Positions 49,924-61,923 of a DNA stretch of 64,000 nucleotides are shown here, piece by piece; the first letter of the stretch is position 1, and every line of letters starts with the position of its first letter. The notes beneath the pieces are model-generated. The model was given only the letters and a program-made list of their open reading frames with translations, was not told where the DNA came from and searched no databases. Made by a program: the position numbers and the translations under genes. Location of the stretch: contig JBHGNT010000001.1 in assembly GCA_043228905.1 (NCBI GenBank), positions 11,842,001 to 11,906,000 on the forward strand, written 5' to 3'. The DNA comes from Azolla caroliniana (taxonomy: Eukaryota; Plantae; Polypodiophyta).

Positions 49924-52634
49924 AGGCGGCAAGGGAGGATGGAGTCGGAAGACGACGACCTTGCGAAGATGGTGGCCGAAGTGGTGTTGGAGTCGGCACG
50001 AGTGGTGATGAGGCGAGAAGTAGCGCAACAGGCGGTGGAGCGAGTGGTCGAAAGAGTCGGCCGTTTCAACGGGGACAAAGTCCCATCTTACTTGGAAGCC
50101 TACAACGCGGAAATAGAGGAGCGTGGCGTAGACGAGGCGTTGAGGCTGGAGTTCTTCTGTCGGGTCGTGGCTGTCCGGATGCATGCGGAAATAAAGGAGC
50201 TCTGTGAGGCTCATAGTTCGTGGGAGGCCTTCGAAGAGGCGCTCCTGAAGGCATACGGAGGACGGCGGAAGATCCGGGGACAACACGACTTTGACCCACC
50301 GGGGCGCGACCAAGGTGTTCCGAGAGTTCGAGCGACGGCTTGCTCGGCTCCCGAAGCGGGAACAAGGTTTGGTGGGGGCGGACAAGGTCCTATTGTTCGT
50401 CAGGTCGATCGACCGAACGGAACGGGAGGCCATCGGGATTGAGCTCGAAGACAATGACGGAGCGAATGGGCTTACAGAGGACTAGTCGAAGGTCGGAAGG
50501 GTGTGCCAACGGCTAGACAACGAGCGAGCCGAGAAGGCTAAGAGGAAGGTACGCGACGGCGTGCCGTCACAACGGGAAGAGGCCGAACGGCAAAGGGAGT
50601 TGGCAAGGGTCGGCGTTGGGGCCAGGATTGCGGAGGCGTACGCAGCTCTCGAGTTGATGATCGAGGAAGAGGAAAGATGGAGGCCGCAAGCCGAGACTGA
50701 GGAGACGGACTTGCCCCACGCGACGTCGGAAGATCGGTACCATGGTACCACGGGAGAGGGTGCGGAACGAAACGCCCTCTCGACTTGCGGAGATAGAACG
50801 GCCAAGGACGAGGCCGAGATACAGATCGCGGAACCGGAACGTTGGGACCAGCGGTTTCGGGCGTGTCAGCCCGAGATCCCGGTCATTGGAGAAGCAAGCC
50901 CAGACGGGGCTTGCGTGATCGGTAAGAAGACGACCGCCGACCACGAAGAGTCGGTGGCTACGGACAAGGGCGTAAAACGGACGGGCGATTCTTTATGTCT
51001 TCCCACACTTGCTCTCGAGACAATGGCAGTCGGGCCCAAGTGCCCACGTGAGTCCCAAGCGGAGGAAGGCGGCAGCAGCAGGCCAAGAATCACTGGCAAG
51101 ACGATACGGGGAAGGAACTGACGAAAGCCCACAGACCCAATTCCGGAGAACTCGGCATTCGGGCCCGTATGCCCATGTAAGACCAAGGAGATGGATGGCG
51201 GTACCGAGGAGTCCTGGCACGATGCCAATGAAGACGGATGGGAAACGGCATGTGAGGAGGCCGAGGGCGGACACGGCACGAGGAGATCGGCATTCCGATA
51301 CGGGTGGAGCGTGTTCCGGTCGTGGATTGTTCGATCGGGGCTGGACTCAGCATAAAGGTGCCGATACGGGAGAGGGTGCGGGACGAGCCGCCCTCTTTTA
51401 CATGGGGAGAAAGACCGACCAGGCGAAGGTCGAGATTTGGAAAGAGAATGAAAGCCGGTCCTATGGGATTCCTTACACCGATCCGGCTGCAGGCCCGAGT
51501 GCCGGCGTGAGTCCTATAAGAGAGATCGGTGGGGACAGGAGAACGAGACTAGGCAATCCGGAGGAGGACGAACGGACCCGGACGAGAACCGGGCGGAGGG
51601 GACTCCCGGATGACCATTCCGGGAGGGAGGAAGAGAGCAGGCCTACGAAGAGGCGGAGGACACGGTACGTCGGTACCACGGGAGAGGGTGTGAAGTAAAC
51701 CGCCCTCTCGGCATGCGGAAAAGGACGACTCGGGACAGGGTCGTGAAGACAAATGGGCGGCCTACGGAGGATCCTTCACACCGGTTCTAGAGACTTCGGC
51801 AGTCGGCAACGCGGTCGACGTAAGACTAAGATACTGACGGTGGCGGCGAGGTGACGAAGGCTATGGGCATAAGGAAGTCCGGTCCTACGGGATCCCCACA
51901 CTTAACCAGAGACTCCGGCAGTTCGGCCAATGTGGCAACATGAGACCGAGAGAGAAGGTTGGTGGCGGCGGGAAACGGGACCCGACTACGCGGAAGACAC
52001 GAGGAGAGTTCGGGAGGGACTCAAACAAAAGGCACCCGAATTTCGGCAAGCATAGAAACGGAGTCCGGTCCTATGGGACCCTCACACCGATCCGGAGACT
52101 CCGGCTGTTCGGCCAACGTGGCAACATAAGGCCGAGGGAGAAGGATGGTGGCGGCAGGGAACGAGACCCGATGACACGAGGTTTCAGAAGGAGCCGGTAG
52201 GGGCAAACACGGGGAGGTGTGTCAGGCCGAAAAGGCACACCTGGAACAGAACAAGAGTCTCGCAAATGGCCATCGCGGGCCGGATCGAAGCGTGACTACG
52301 AGACGATCTTCGGCGCGGGCGGGGCCGAACGAAGGAAGCGAAAGACGGCACAAGAGTGGTGCCAGGGACGAGGTGACAAGTGCCTAGTGGATTGCACAGG
52401 GTCGGAGTCAGGGGATGGCAAGAGATGCCGGAGGAGGATCCTCCACACTCGCTTCGTAGATCTCGGTAGCTCCGTCGAAGTAGCGAAGACTGACACGACA
52501 AGCCCGGGGTGACAAGCTGGTGGGGGCGAGGGGACGACGGCAAGCGGAAGACTCAGGACCTATCTCGGCAGCACGAAGACGGGAAGGGCCAAGCGGGCTA
52601 CTACGGGGTGTTCCTCGGATGCAAAGGACACCGG

Positions 52635-53740
52635 TGTCGTGAAGATCCGTCACTACGCGCGGATCGTGAGGCGGAACCGCCGGGGTTCTGGACTGGAAGG
52701 ATTCAAAGTCGGTACAAGCTTTGGCGCAAGCTTTAGCGAGAAAGTACTTAAGATAGATTGGGAAAGAGAGAAGTTGAGATTACACGATTGAGAGAGATTG
52801 ATTGAACTTTTAACTTTAGATTTAAGAAACAAGTTACACCATCAATTTGATAACGAGTTTCTTCTTCTTAATTTCATAATAATAAAAAAACCGTGTTTTT
52901 TCTCCTCCCCCTTCCTTCTTTTATAGATGCTCTCATGCATATGATGCATGTGAGGGTACAAGACATGCATAAATTGCATGTTTGCCATTTGGCGCTTATG
53001 TATTACATGTGGTGCATGATAACCATGTCACTCATTTTAGCTCTCATGGATGAGAATTTACATGTAAAAGTACAATGATAGAAATATAATTTCAACTAAA
53101 TAGCATGGCTTAATGGTAAGCCAATTGATTCCTAACTTGGAGGTGCAAGGTTCGAATCTTTCCTTCCCCTCCTTGTATATGTATATATGTATATATATTT
53201 ATATATTTATTTATCTAGTCGCCGAACGCCGGTGCGTCGCCGGTTGCCGTCGGTTACCGGTGCCTCGCCGGATGCCGGTGCCGTTGCCGTTGCCGGATTG
53301 CTGTCAGATGTCGGTGTCTCACTGGCGCCGGATCACCGGCTCCATCGCCGGTCCGGTTTTGGTTGGCCAAAACCCTTTACGAGTAGCTAGCCCACCTCCA
53401 CTCTTAGTTCAAGTTACCTTGAACTCTCTATGCTCCACACATAGACACAAAGATAATATCTTTTGCTCCACCTTATATATGATAAGAGCCGTATTTGTCG
53501 TGCCTATGTGGGATATCTCACAATTTTCTCTTTTCCTTTCACAAACTTTATACCCTCATATCTTGACATTTAGTTGTCCGTTTCTCGTGTAATAAAGTGC
53601 ATTCGAAACCTCCATCATTTTGTACTTAGATATTAAATTTATTTAAAATGTTATCTTCACAATTATTGTACTATGTGATTTATACTCGATTTCGTACGTT
53701 TTATGGGATTTTCACATTATTGCCGAAAATCTTCACGACA
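52635..53740 (-). mobile_element. Solo LTR (1106 bp) of a related family, inserted antisense in the GC-rich element
   Basis: Perfect 12-bp TIR TGTCGTGAAGAT / ATCTTCACGACA and 4-bp flanking duplication CCGG. Minus-strand CTATAAAAGAAGGAAGGGG, and both termini resemble those of the 54392-55168 LTR. Confidence 0.85.
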
Positions 53741-55168
53741 CCGGTATGCGGGTGAGTGGCGATGCACGATCTGGCCAAAAAAGGGGGCCGACAAGGCATG
53801 CAATGAACCGGAGTGCAACACAGGCAGTGCCAAACAACGGACGAGGGTATGTGGCACACGGAGGTGCCGGAGCGGAAAGGCGAGCGTGGAGATAGGTTGC
53901 GTGGTTCGGAGGTAGCGCGGAGAAGGCCGGAAAGGGATCCTCCACACTATTCCGGAGACCATGGCGGTTCGAGTCGACGCGGCGATGTAATACCATGGAG
54001 AAGGAAAGTGGCGGCGAGAGGACAAGGGCAACGTGAAACGACATGGGACGGCAATCAGGACGACGCGAATGATCAACTGAGGCCAATCGGGCCGCTACGA
54101 GCGTTCCTCAAACAGAGGACATCGGGCATACGGCGGGAAGCGGCGCGTTCATACGGCCGAACAAGGGCCAACGGAAGTACGCGTACTACGGAGATCGCGG
54201 CAGAGGACCCATCGACGGGTCGAACGAGCCTACGGGGAGGTAAGCGTGAAGGAAGAATCGAAGCCGACGGGTCAAACTGGAAGCGAGCCGGGATGTGGAT
54301 CACGAAAGACCGGTTTCTCACCGGACAAAATCTCTCACCCTTCAACCGGACTTGGCACATACCGGTGGATGTGTGGTTAGGTGGGGGCGGATGTCGTGAA
54401 GAATTTCGGCCAGAGGCAGAAACCGGGAAACATTGGCTACATCGGCGGGGTGCAGCGTATGTACGCACCCATGTACATTTAGTGTGAATATCGAGGGCGC
54501 CTTTATGGCTCCGAAGAGTAGTCAAGTCGGGGCAGATGATCCCATGTAAGTCGGGATTTGTCCCACATTGTAACGCATCCCTCTCCTTGTTCTATAAAAG
54601 GAAGGGAACGCCCTTTGTGAAAGGGTTGCCCGTTTTGCATTAGAGGGTATACCGTTAGGTTTAGTGTTATCTTCTTCTTCTTCTTCTTCTTCTCCCTTCG
54701 TGTTCGCTTAGGGTTTGCTTAAGCTCATCTCCTGCGCAAGACCCCGCTCGACGCGACGAGCCCGTGAGCTCCCCGACGGCGGCTTGGCAGCTGACGACTA
54801 CTGTAACCTACCTTGGAACGGCTCGAAGCCGGGAATGTATTCTTCTTATATATATATATATACGTTTGCGTCTGTCTATGTATATTCGCATCTTCGTTGG
54901 TGTCGGGTGCTTCCCCTTTCCTGCACTTCCTATACTTAAGGGTGTGAGTCGGGTTGGCCTGTGTGTGTGTGTGTGTGTGTGAGTGTGCGTGAGTCGGTGT
55001 TAAGCGTGCGTTCTCTCTCTCTCTCTCTCTCTCTCCCTTCGGTTGCTTCCGGTGTGCTTCCGGGATGCCCTGGAAACGGTGAAGCACGACTTCCTACGCT
55101 CCATCACTCCCTAGTCCAAGACCCCCGTGGTCCCGCCTTTCTCCACACACGCGCGTAACAACGCGACA

Positions 55169-56486
55169 ACGGCTCGGGCCAGAGTGGAAACTCCCACTTC
55201 TTGCGAAGGTTCCTCGTTGGCCTCTGTTGGCCGAAATTGGGAGTTGTTGTCGTGGATCGGACTTCGTCCGCCTTGTCCTTGGCCGAATCGGCCTCTCGCT
55301 CGTCCGCGTCCTCTTCCTCCATTATAGTGCGTGTAGAGCATGTGGCCTTCCGACTCATTGCTCCTTGTACGCACGTGGTTTTCTTTGACCAATAGCATTG
55401 ATTGGAGCTCGAAGAAGGAGGGAGATTTCTCCCGTGCTAGAACAGCGGTTTGCAGCGCGCGAAACCGTGGTGCGAGGCCGCCGAGGCATATTTGCACCAT
55501 TTCATCATCATCTATACTTACGCTTATTGAGCCGAGTGAGTCGCAAAGCTCCTTGATCTTCAAGGTGTATGTCGTGATGGACATGTCCCTTTGTTGAATG
55601 TTTTTCAACTCTTGGCGGAGTTGAAGCTTCCTCGCGGTCGTGTTGGCGGTGAAAATCTTTCGTAGATTTTCCCACGCTTCCTTCAGCGTCTTGGCTTCTC
55701 GACTGTAACCGAGCATGTGGTCGTGAACACATGTTGCTAAACAATACATCACGAGGTTTGTGGCTTGCTCCCATGTCGCGTATTCGGGAGCCGCTTTGGC
55801 GGGTCGGTCTTCATGCGCTCCTTTGATGTAGCTTCAATAGCCTTCTCCGACAAGGTATTGGTGCATCTTGTACTCCCAAGATGCAAAGTTGTTTCGATCC
55901 AACTTCTTGGTAGGGAGAGTGCTCCCCATTTGAGTATTCATTATGTCGATTCTTCTTCTTATTCTTCTCTCTTCGAATGCGAGCTATGTAGCGAAGCTAC
56001 GATAACTATGAGCCGGTTCTTGGTCGTCGGGTAGAGCACAACACACGATCACGATGAGGTGAATGGGCTAGATCGAGCTACCAAATCGCTCTGATACCAT
56101 GTAAAGAACCAAGAGATGGATTCTTGTGAAGCGGAAGAGATGTGAGTTATGTGTGTGTGTAAGAGAGAGAGAGAGTGTGTGTGAGTGAAACACAAAGAAT
56201 ACGCAAGGTAAAAGTATATTGACAAAGGAGAAAGACTCAACATTGTACAAGGAGGGAGGAGGGTGCTTTATATAGTCACCCTCTCTCTTCATTAACTACA
56301 TGACTCATGAAGCATGGGGAATGTGAAAGCTTATAAGTTATGTGTCATAGAATATGATTCTATGACTCATACTAAATGCTAGAATACAAAGAGGTGACAT
56401 AATGGTGACTCTTGACCGTTGGAGTGTCTATTTACTCTCAAGGTGAGTTCACAGACCAGACCAAGTTGAGCTTGATTCTCAAAACA
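55169..56486 (-). mobile_element. Ty1/copia element B (same family as A): 5' LTR (56100-56486), PBS (56088-56099), truncated gag
   Basis: Minus-strand TGGTATCAGAGC. gag MYCLATCVHDHMLGY...RKLQLRQEL is highly similar to element A. The LTR shares TTGAGAATCAAGCTCAAC and other blocks with 46290-46756. Confidence 0.95.
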
Positions 56487-58380
56487 TAAATTACACACAC
56501 ATACACATAAATAAATTACATACACATAAATAAATTACATACTACATATCATATAATCCATTCATATTATATGGTATACAAATTTACATACACATACATG
56601 CAAACGAAGTTACATATATTACACACACATACACATAAATAAATTACATACTACATATCATATAATCCATACATATTATATGATATACAAATTTACATAC
56701 ACATACATTCAAACGAGTTACATATATTACACACATACGCATAAATAAATTACATACTACATATAATATAATCCATACATATTATATGATATACAAATTT
56801 ACATACACATACATAGATACATATTCCACATATCACCATATATATAGGTCATAGGAGGTCATACAAACTACAATACTTACATACATATATACATTCACAC
56901 ACACAAGTTGGATATATGTATACTTACACATACATCGGATATATACATGTATATTATATGCATATTACAAGCATACATCCATATACAAGCAATACACATA
57001 CTAACCATTAAAATACACCGAAAATATACATACATTCATATATTCATTCATACATTGCTACACGTATATACATACATATGGCTACAATGTCACGCATATA
57101 AATTTTATAAACATACATACATTACATGCAAGCATACACAACATACATTCCATACATATGTACATATATATCACCAAATACACACACACATAGTCATACA
57201 CACTACAATAGTACATATATAATACACATACATACATATTATGGACATATTACAAGCACACATCCATTCACATTAAATAATGTACATTGATGTATGCATA
57301 TATACATAAACACACATCCATATATTACATATGTTACATGTACATACATATTCCACATATCACCATATATATAGTTCATACGGGGTCATACAAACTACAA
57401 TACTTACATATATACATACACATATATACACATACATTCGATATATGCATACATATTATGTGCATATTGCAAACATACATCTAGATATAAGCCATACACA
57501 TACTAAACACTAAAATACCCCGAAAATATACATACATAAATACATTACATATTGCATATATACACATACGTACATTCGTACATGGACATACATATATTCA
57601 TTCATACATTGCTACACATATATACATACATATTCCTACAATGATACTCGTATAAATTTTACAAACATACATCCATACACATACCCACATACATACATAA
57701 TATATACATACACATATTGTATACATATTACAAACACACATCCACACACATGTATGCATACACATACAAACATACATACATAAAATATTAAATATATACA
57801 CATATGTACATTCACACATGTACAAATCATTCAACACATAATGGATCCAATATACACATCCAAACTTACAGACATGCCATATATACAATACATACAACAT
57901 ATGCAATACAATACATACACACATCCCATACATACAATGCATATGTATATACAATAGATACATCATACAATTAATACAACACAATATGTACATACATACA
58001 CACTTACAAATGTACACATATCACATAATATATATACATGCAATACAATACATATGTATGTATATATAGAGTAGACACATATATACACATGTATGTACAC
58101 ATATGTATATAGAACATACACTCACATAACACACACATAAATATGCACATGCACATGCCATACCAATAATACATACAAATTACAATACATCATATGCACA
58201 TGTACTGAACATACACACACATATCACATATATACATATGCACATGCCAAACATACAATACATTCAACACATGGAGTACAATACATACATATGCACGTGT
58301 ATAGAGCATAACACACACAAATATAAATATCCACATACATAAACATGCACATGTATAGAACATACATACACCCAATAGAA
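56487..58380. repeat. ~1.9-kb low-complexity (TA/CA)-rich tract with internal ~120-bp and longer imperfect repeats
   Basis: Dominated by ACAT/ATAC/ACAC. taaataaattacatactacatat...tacaaatttacatacacatac occurs three times at 56527-56815. Confidence 0.9.
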
Positions 58381-58595
58381 CACTCTTTTTAAAACTCATC
58401 TCAATGCTATGCTAATTGTTTTAAAAAAATGGGGGAAGAAAGGGAGGGAGATTACATACGTGATGTGTTTTAGTAAAAAGTGGGGAGGAAACGGAGAAAG
58501 AAAGATATACTACCAAAATTGGCCCATGAGAGAGAGAGAGAGAGAGAGCCTTTGTTTCCTCCTCCACCCCCTCCCCATCTCGAAGCTTCCATCTC

Positions 58596-59075
58596 GTGTA
58601 TCATTGCTTCGTCGGAAGTCTTGCGTGGACCACCTATGATCGCAGCCTTGCCGACGCCTTTCGGTACTTCGGCGAAGTTGTCAACTCCAAGGTTATCAAT
58701 GACCATGAAATAGGACGATCACGAGGCTTTGGCTTTGTGACATTCTTTGATGAGCAAGCGATGATGGGCGCGATTGAGTTGATGAATGGAAAAGAGTTGG
58801 ATGGAAGCAACATTATTGTGAACCAAGCTCAGGCAATATCTGGTGGGGGTGATGGAGGCTATTGCGCCTCCAATGGAGGTGGTGGTTCACGATATGGAGA
58901 TTGAAGTTACAGTAGCAGGGATAGATTAGATGGAGGAAATGGTGGATATGGTGGCAATAGCCGTGCCGGTGGCTATAATGATGTCAATGGTGGTAGCAAT
59001 CACAACAATGGTTATGGTGGGGGTAATAATTGGTATTCAAGAAGTGGATTGGATTTGTAGAATTGGAGGAAGTAA
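58596..59075 (+). pseudogene. Processed pseudogene or captured fragment of a glycine-rich RNA-binding protein (GRP7/GRP8-like RRM)
   Basis: YHCFVGSLAW (RNP2), GRSRGFGFVTF (RNP1), MNGKELDGSNIIVNQAQ and a Gly-rich tail. No in-frame ATG, premature TGA at 58902, and no intron at the usual ...SK/(I/V)IND position. Confidence 0.85.
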
Positions 59076-59870
59076 ACGAAATAAAAAATTTATAGACTTT
59101 TATTTGTAAATTGAGTATTGACTTCCCTTTTGCTTTTGTTACTTGAGACCTTTTGTTTCACTCTGACACTTTTGCTATGGTGATGGGAAAAAAGTTGATA
59201 TTCTCTTAAGAGATGATTCCATAGAGAGAGAGAGAGAGACCACCATTAGTGTGATCAACCTCTTCTTCCAAGTAGTTTTCCTCTAGCGAGCAAGGGTGTG
59301 CAAGATGAGCTACAAGAAGGCGGGAGAGAAGGATAGGTTCTAATCTGTGAACTTTTGTTTTTTGTTTTTTGTTTTTTACATTGATTCTCCATTATTCTCC
59401 AGGATTGCTAATTTTGTAAACAAAACATCTTATTTAAGAAATATTTGGTTTTCTTTTTTTCACATATAAATTCTCAATTGATTTTTACAATCTTGCATCT
59501 TTAAATTGTATTATAAGAGCTTTAGCTTTTGCTGAATTTCTTTTTTCTTTTTTCGGTTTCTTTTATTTCACTTTGATTTTTGTATAGCCCTGTATATATT
59601 ATCATGTTAATTATGTGATAAAATTTTTTGTTTATGAATTTTCTTTGCAAGGATACCCAAAAAAGCAGATCAGTTAGACGGTCTTAGGGAAATATTGTCA
59701 CTTGATCGATTATAAATCAAGTGTTCGCAGTGAAGAGGAGGCGAATGAAGGGGAGGAGGATGTAAGAAATAATGATGCCGAAAACATGAGGGAAGGTGAC
59801 ATTGCAACATAGAACGTAATATACGTGTTCGTGCAAGCCTTGAAACGTTTGAAAAACAACACGTTTGAAC

Positions 59871-60308
59871 ATTATTTATAAATTTATTGTTATTACAAAT
59901 CGACTCACCCTAGTGGTATGTTGTCATGCTATTGTTGTTTATGTCTTAGGTTCGATTCTCAATTTTCTCATCTCTCTCTTATTATTGTTATGTCATGACT
60001 AGTGTTGGGCAAAGTCCTAGGAACAGTGTTAACGTTCCGGTTGAATTGGGACTTTTGCCAACCACCATGAGGGACATCCGGACTTGATTATTATTTATAA
60101 ATTTATTGTTATTACAAATCGACTCACCCTAGTGGTGTGTTGTCATGCTACTGTTGTTTATGTCTTAGGTTCGATTCTCAATTTTCTCATCTCTCTCTTA
60201 TTATTGTTATGTCATGACCAGTGTTGGGCAAAGTCCTAGGAACAGTGTTAACGTTCCGGTTGAATTGGGACTTTTGCCAGCCACCATGAGGGACATCCGG
60301 ACTTGATT
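59871..60308. repeat. 219-bp tandem duplication spanning the hAT left junction
   Basis: 59871-60089 and 60090-60308 are near-identical. Each contains flank, GTCATGAC and the first ~90 bp of the transposon. Confidence 0.92.
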
Positions 60309-61923
60309 CCGGCGAGGTTTTCCAGCTAGCCGGAATCTAGCTGGTTCATATTTTATGAACCGGCTATTTATATAGATTAGAAAAACTTTATAAAGTTTTT
60401 CTTTTAAGTTTTTCCCCTGTTTTCCCCATTGCATTCCTTCTTCGCGTTGGTCACTGCTCCCTCTCTGTTCCTTCTTTGCGTGGCTCGTTGCTCCCTCTCT
60501 GTTCCTTCTTCGCATTGCTCGCGACTCCTTGTCAGTTCCTTCTTCGTGATGATTCCTTCTTTGCTACTCCTTGTGGATCCTTGCTCATTCGTTGCCCATT
60601 GCTCCTCCCTAGTCACTCGCTATTCGTTGCTCCCTGTTCTTTCTGACTGATTGCATGACATCTGCTATTCGCCACTCCACTCTAAAGTACGTATCTTGCC
60701 TGCTTTTCTTTCACTTTTTATGAATTCTCTTTTTCTATTTGTTTTATCTATTTTTCTCGTTGTTTGAATATGTTCTCTGTGCTTTGTTTTCAGTTCCTAT
60801 TGGTCGAATGATTGCTTTAGACTTGTTGTTCAAGAACGGCGGCTCTGCTGAGGAAATCAACGATCAAACTATTATTCCTCAAAGGCCTTTTGCCAATTGA
60901 TCTAGAATTTATTTGACAAACAAAATAGGCCAATCGTTGATTTGAGCATGTCTTAGATTGATGTTTTTCTATCTAATGTACGTTAGAGCCCACCATTGAC
61001 TAGCATTAGAGGCTCCATCACAATTGGCTCCACATTAGTATATGTCCTCATTTTCTCTTTGTTTTTCATGTGCGCATATTGATTTTTGAGTACCAACACT
61101 ACTATCTTTTTTTGATAGATGATCGCCAACGCTTATGTTTAGTGTATCTAAATAAATCTCATTAACCTCCTTGTCATTTTCCTGACCATGAAAAGTTTGT
61201 AGCGTGCTATTTGGCCCAAAGGGGATGTACAAGATAAATGTTCCTTCGGGACCGTATCTTGATATTCGTCACATAAATATTGTTGTTCTAACCTAGAAAA
61301 ACCGGGTGAAGACCCCATGTAATCTAATAACATAATTCCTCTTGATGAGGCATTATTGGGCTTGGCCAATAGGAACAAATGGTCAAAGGTATTCATGGAT
61401 GGGGAGATCATCGCAAAGTATATGCATTGGAGAAGAGGGTTTCAAATCTTTGTGCTTCTTTTTAGTGGGTGAACATGAAGTTGTGAAGATGTAAATGAAC
61501 TAGGTGTGTAAAAAGATTTGCTCTTCTTCAACATCATCAAGGGGCTATGGTGATAAACAAATTAGATGAATCTAACATACTATTTACTTATTACAACATA
61601 AATAGATGAATCCACAAATTTGAGATGAGAATCAACATTTATTTCAAACACATGTAATGGAGGATAAGTTGAAAAATGGGAGGGAATTATGTACGACAAA
61701 CTGTCCTAGCACAAAAAAGCACAAAAAGACGATGAGAATAGACAAGAATAAATCACAAGGAGGCATGTATATTGCATTATGTATACAGCTAAAAAAAAAT
61801 CAACATGTTCCGGTTGACATTGTCGCTAGTAGGAACGTGGGCGGCTGAAATTTTAAAATTCCAGTTAGGTTCATGAGAAACATGAAAATTTCCGGTAGGG
61901 GCTAGAGACTTTGCCCAACACTG
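60219..61923. mobile_element. Non-autonomous hAT element (1705 bp)
   Basis: Perfect 17-bp TIR CAGTGTTGGGCAAAGTC / GACTTTGCCCAACACTG and perfect 8-bp TSD GTCATGAC (60211-60218 / 61924-61931). No intact transposase. Confidence 0.95.

Larger units (their letters stand above)
49877..55168 (+). mobile_element. GC-rich non-autonomous Ty3/gypsy-like LTR element: 25-bp remnant of the 5' LTR, tRNA-Trp PBS, gag-like ORF, PPT and 3' LTR (54392-55168)
   Basis: The LTR terminus CACGCG(A/C)GTAACAACGCGACA occurs at both 49901 and 55168. The gag-like ORF from 49939 reads GRFNGDKVPSYLEAY...SSWEAFEEALLKAYG. PPT TAGGTGGGGGCGGA precedes TGTCGTGAAGA. TATAAAAG at ~54593. No RT/INT motifs seen. Confidence 0.85.

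Noticed and set aside
53100-53170. Possible genuine tRNA gene (TTCCTAA, Arg-CCT-like loop)
   Set aside because: A and B boxes are present but the acceptor and anticodon stems do not pair, and it lies inside an LTR. Treated as tRNA-derived, not as a tRNA. The same applies to the units at ~8970, ~9340, ~59900 and ~62000.
50482-54525. Many overlapping long ORFs in the GC-rich block, suggesting a horizontally acquired bacterial gene cluster
   Set aside because: High GC suppresses stop codons. The block is bounded by LTR, PBS and PPT signals and shows no recognisable enzyme motifs.
46290-56486. One element with long terminal inverted repeats (DIRS-like or giant TIR transposon)
   Set aside because: Each arm has its own PBS and gag and the arms are clearly diverged. 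There is no tyrosine recombinase or transposase and no TSD, so two Copia insertions explain it better.
56908-58399. His/Ile/Tyr- and Cys/Val/Met-rich ORFs
   Set aside because: Translation artefacts of the TA/CA low-complexity tract.
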